Of a stretch of DNA of 64,000 bases, positions 61,484-64,000 are shown in pieces. The notes beneath the pieces are model-generated. The model made no database searches. It saw only the letters and a program-made list of their open reading frames with translations, and was not told where the DNA came from. Source of the DNA: Selaginella moellendorffii (Eukaryota; Plantae; Lycopodiophyta); contig NW_003314286.1 of NCBI RefSeq assembly GCF_000143415.4, forward strand, positions 1,110,239 to 1,174,238, written 5' to 3'. The translations under genes and the position numbers were made by a program. Numbering within the stretch: the first letter of the stretch is position 1; each line of letters starts with the position of its first letter.

Positions 61484-63702
61484 ATGCAGCACCAACACGC
61501 TGGCTATGGCGCCGCTACTCCAGGTATGACGCCCGCCTATCCATCGCCATCGCCGCCTTCCTACGCTTCGCCGCCATCGAATCCCCCGTATTATCACCCC
61601 AGCAGCTACGCGAATTACGCCCCAAGCTCCCCCATTCTCTCCTCCTCCTCCGCGGATTACCTCGCCTCCTATACCGGATCCACAGCACAGGAGAGCGGCG
61701 CAGGGATGTATGCACAGATCCCGGCTTACGCTCCACCGCCGCCCGATCCAGCCACTTTCTCGTATTCCACGCACGATCCGTCCTATTCGCCGCGAGCTCC
61801 TTCGTTTGATCGCCTCCCCTCTCACGAGAGATCGTCGTTTGAGCCGGCCGCCAGTTCTTACACGCATGCTTGGCCCTCGGCTTATGGAACTTCCGACTAC
61901 CAGCTTGGTAGGAGCTCGAGTTATGGTGGAGGATATGGCACTGTGGATGCCGCGGTGTACAGTGAAGCAGCGTCTAGATGGGGATATGAGCCGGCGGTGA
62001 GCGAAGAGAATCCACACGCCAGCGATGGAAGATATGGAGGTGTTGCGGAGAAGTCTTCTTCTTACAGCACGGACAGTGGTAGTCGAGTGGATTACTCTAC
62101 TGGAGTTTATGCCTATGATGGTGGAAGTTCTCAGCCGTATGGATCGAGGGGGACCGGATCGGCGCGGTGGGCTTCCGAGAGCAGTAATCCGCTCGGAGAT
62201 CTGCCGAAGTTGGCCAAGGCTTTGCCGAAAGTTGACAGTGAGTCGAGAGGCGGTGGCGTGCAAAAGTATCACGTAAAGCTTCTACAGGACTCGAGCTCCG
62301 TGGGTCTTCCGACGAATGTTGTGTGCCAGGTTTGATCATTACGTTGCGTTTGTTTCTCGATTGCTTTAAACTCTCCTGCTTACACAGATCGGTTTGGATG
62401 GAGTTCGACTTGTTGATCCAAGCTCCGGACGGACCTTGCGAATTTATCCTCTCGACACCATTACGAAGTGGGAAGTAAGTTCTGAAGCATGAATTTAGAG
62501 AGTTTCTCAAGTTTTGATTGCAGGTTAATGAGCCATCGGTCTTTACGTTCTGGGCCAAGAGCGCCGTCGATTTTGAGCAACGTAGAACAAGGTTACAGTC
62601 CAGTGCTTCCACCACGAATGCCATATTGGATACTTTAACTGCAGCATGTGTTCAGGTATTTGTTTAATTTTTAACCTTGTAAAGTAAATCAGAGTTTTTC
62701 GGTGTAGCTATGTGAAATGGTTGGGAAAAGTGACGCAGCGAAGGCTTCGATTTCTTCAAATGTCATTCCTGAGAAGAAGTTTACCTTCTCAGAATGGCTT
62801 ACTCGTTCCAAGGCACCAGTTCAAGAAGAAAAGGATCATTGGGTATGTTTTTTGAATTGGAGCATGATATCCGTATTGCGTTTGTTTAGGTTCCAGACGA
62901 AGCGGTGACAAAATGTACAGCTTGTTCGAGTGACTTCGGGCCTTTCCTTCGGAGAGTAAGTATATCGATATTAAGCTGGCATGGTTTCACAGTTATCTTC
63001 GTGATTAACAGCACCATTGCCGGAATTGCGGTGATATATTTTGTGACAAGTGCACACGCGGAAGAACAGCCTTGACATCCGATGAAGATGCACAGATTGT
63101 TCGTGTTTGTGACCGTTGTCTGGTAAGATTTTGACATTTCTCAAACCTTGACTGACGCTCTCTGTGACAGGCTGAGGTTACACAAAGGCTGACCAACACG
63201 AAAGAGACTAGCAACAAGTTTGCATCTCAGCAGTCACATGAAGATCTTGCGAAGAAGCTTCAGGTTTGGTACTGCCTTGAGATAGGACGAGTTCTGATTC
63301 GTGAAAGCTGCTCGAACAGGAGGAACTGGAACGTAATGCTCCGCCACGGAAGACTGTTGACAAGTTGTCAGGTCAAACGTCCTTGCTCAACTGCAGCAAG
63401 TGCGGGAGCGTTTCAATCGTAACAGGAAGCACAGCCGGATGTCCGACTTGTGGTTCGGATGCGTCTGGGGGTCGAAATGGAGTAACTAGGAGAACTTCAA
63501 GATCAACCGACGGTAGCAGACGCCGCACGCGAGACGTTGCTTGTCCAACTTGCACAGTGCATCTGGAGGTGCGTGGTTCTGTTTGTATTACGTCCGACTG
63601 TCGAAGCTAAGCTACTTTCTTGTACAGGTTGAGGTTCCGAGCTTTGGATCGGAGACGGTAGAGTGTGGTGTCTGCCAGCATCCTTTCCTGGTGAGCGCAT
63701 AG
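61484..63702 (+). CDS. FREE1: FREE1/FYVE1 (Pro-rich N-terminus, PH-like, FYVE, coiled-coil, C-terminal zinc ribbon)
   Basis: PYGSRGT, VQKY.VKLL, CQIGLDGVR, EEKDHWVPDEAVTKC, RHHCRNCG.IFCDKC, RVCDRC, HEDLAKKLQ, VACPTCTVHL...CGVCQHPFLVSA. Confidence 0.93.
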
Positions 63703-63840
63703 ATCGGTAGCGAGGTAATAGAGTGTCGTGGCGATGTAAAGTTGGCACATTGGAGTTAAAATTATTGCTTTTAACCTGTGTCTCAAAAACTGTTTTTTGT
63801 CAGTTCACAGTCTAGATAGACTAAGAAGCAATGTGACAAG

Positions 63841-63966
63841 CCTTCTCTTTCGGTTTTTTCCTTCTCTCTGAAGACTCACTTGTTTTGAAGAAACATTTGG
63901 TGGCAAGAAGAAACCTCTCTTTCGGTTCGTTTTCTTCTCTCTCTGAGACTCACTTGTTTCGAAGAA
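63841..63966. repeat. Two-copy ~70-bp tandem duplication
   Basis: ctctttcggtt...ttctctct..gactcacttgttt.gaagaa occurs at ~63841 and ~63914. Confidence 0.75.
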
Positions 63967-64000
63967 CAGGCTTTTCTACCTCTACTCTTACAGAGCTCCA

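Overview
Eukaryotic land-plant nuclear DNA. The very short introns (about 50-60 bp), extreme gene density and arrays of short PPR motifs are most consistent with the lycophyte Selaginella (inference). Positions 1-~10.2 kb are an AT-rich graveyard of decayed transposons: an element whose direct repeats carry a 5S-rRNA-derived segment (Cassandra-like), a nested solo LTR with a GGTGT target-site duplication, a second inverted copy of that LTR, and a Merlin/IS1595-type transposase remnant. Positions ~10.2-64 kb are a compact run of about 19 genes: peroxisomal SDR, alpha/beta hydrolase, PLS-PPR, SUVH4/KYP-like, At4g02800-like coiled-coil protein, TFIIH TFB4, CDK-like kinase, plastid alpha/beta hydrolase, epsilon-COP, SOQ1, nucleoside hydrolase, GLR3-type receptor, RRP40, adenylate kinase, folate-biopterin transporter, IQM-like, DRIP/BMI1, a second PPR, ABC1K7 and FREE1. 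The most unusual locus is 20-29 kb. There a TFB4/CDK-like tail-to-tail pair has been tandemly duplicated and reciprocally pseudogenised, and between the two copies sits an apparently intact spliced orphan gene. It encodes a P-loop NTPase, a PD-(D/E)xK-like nuclease and a HeH/Rho-N-like tail, the Crinkler/CR-effector architecture. Gene boundaries were read by eye and are approximate unless stated.
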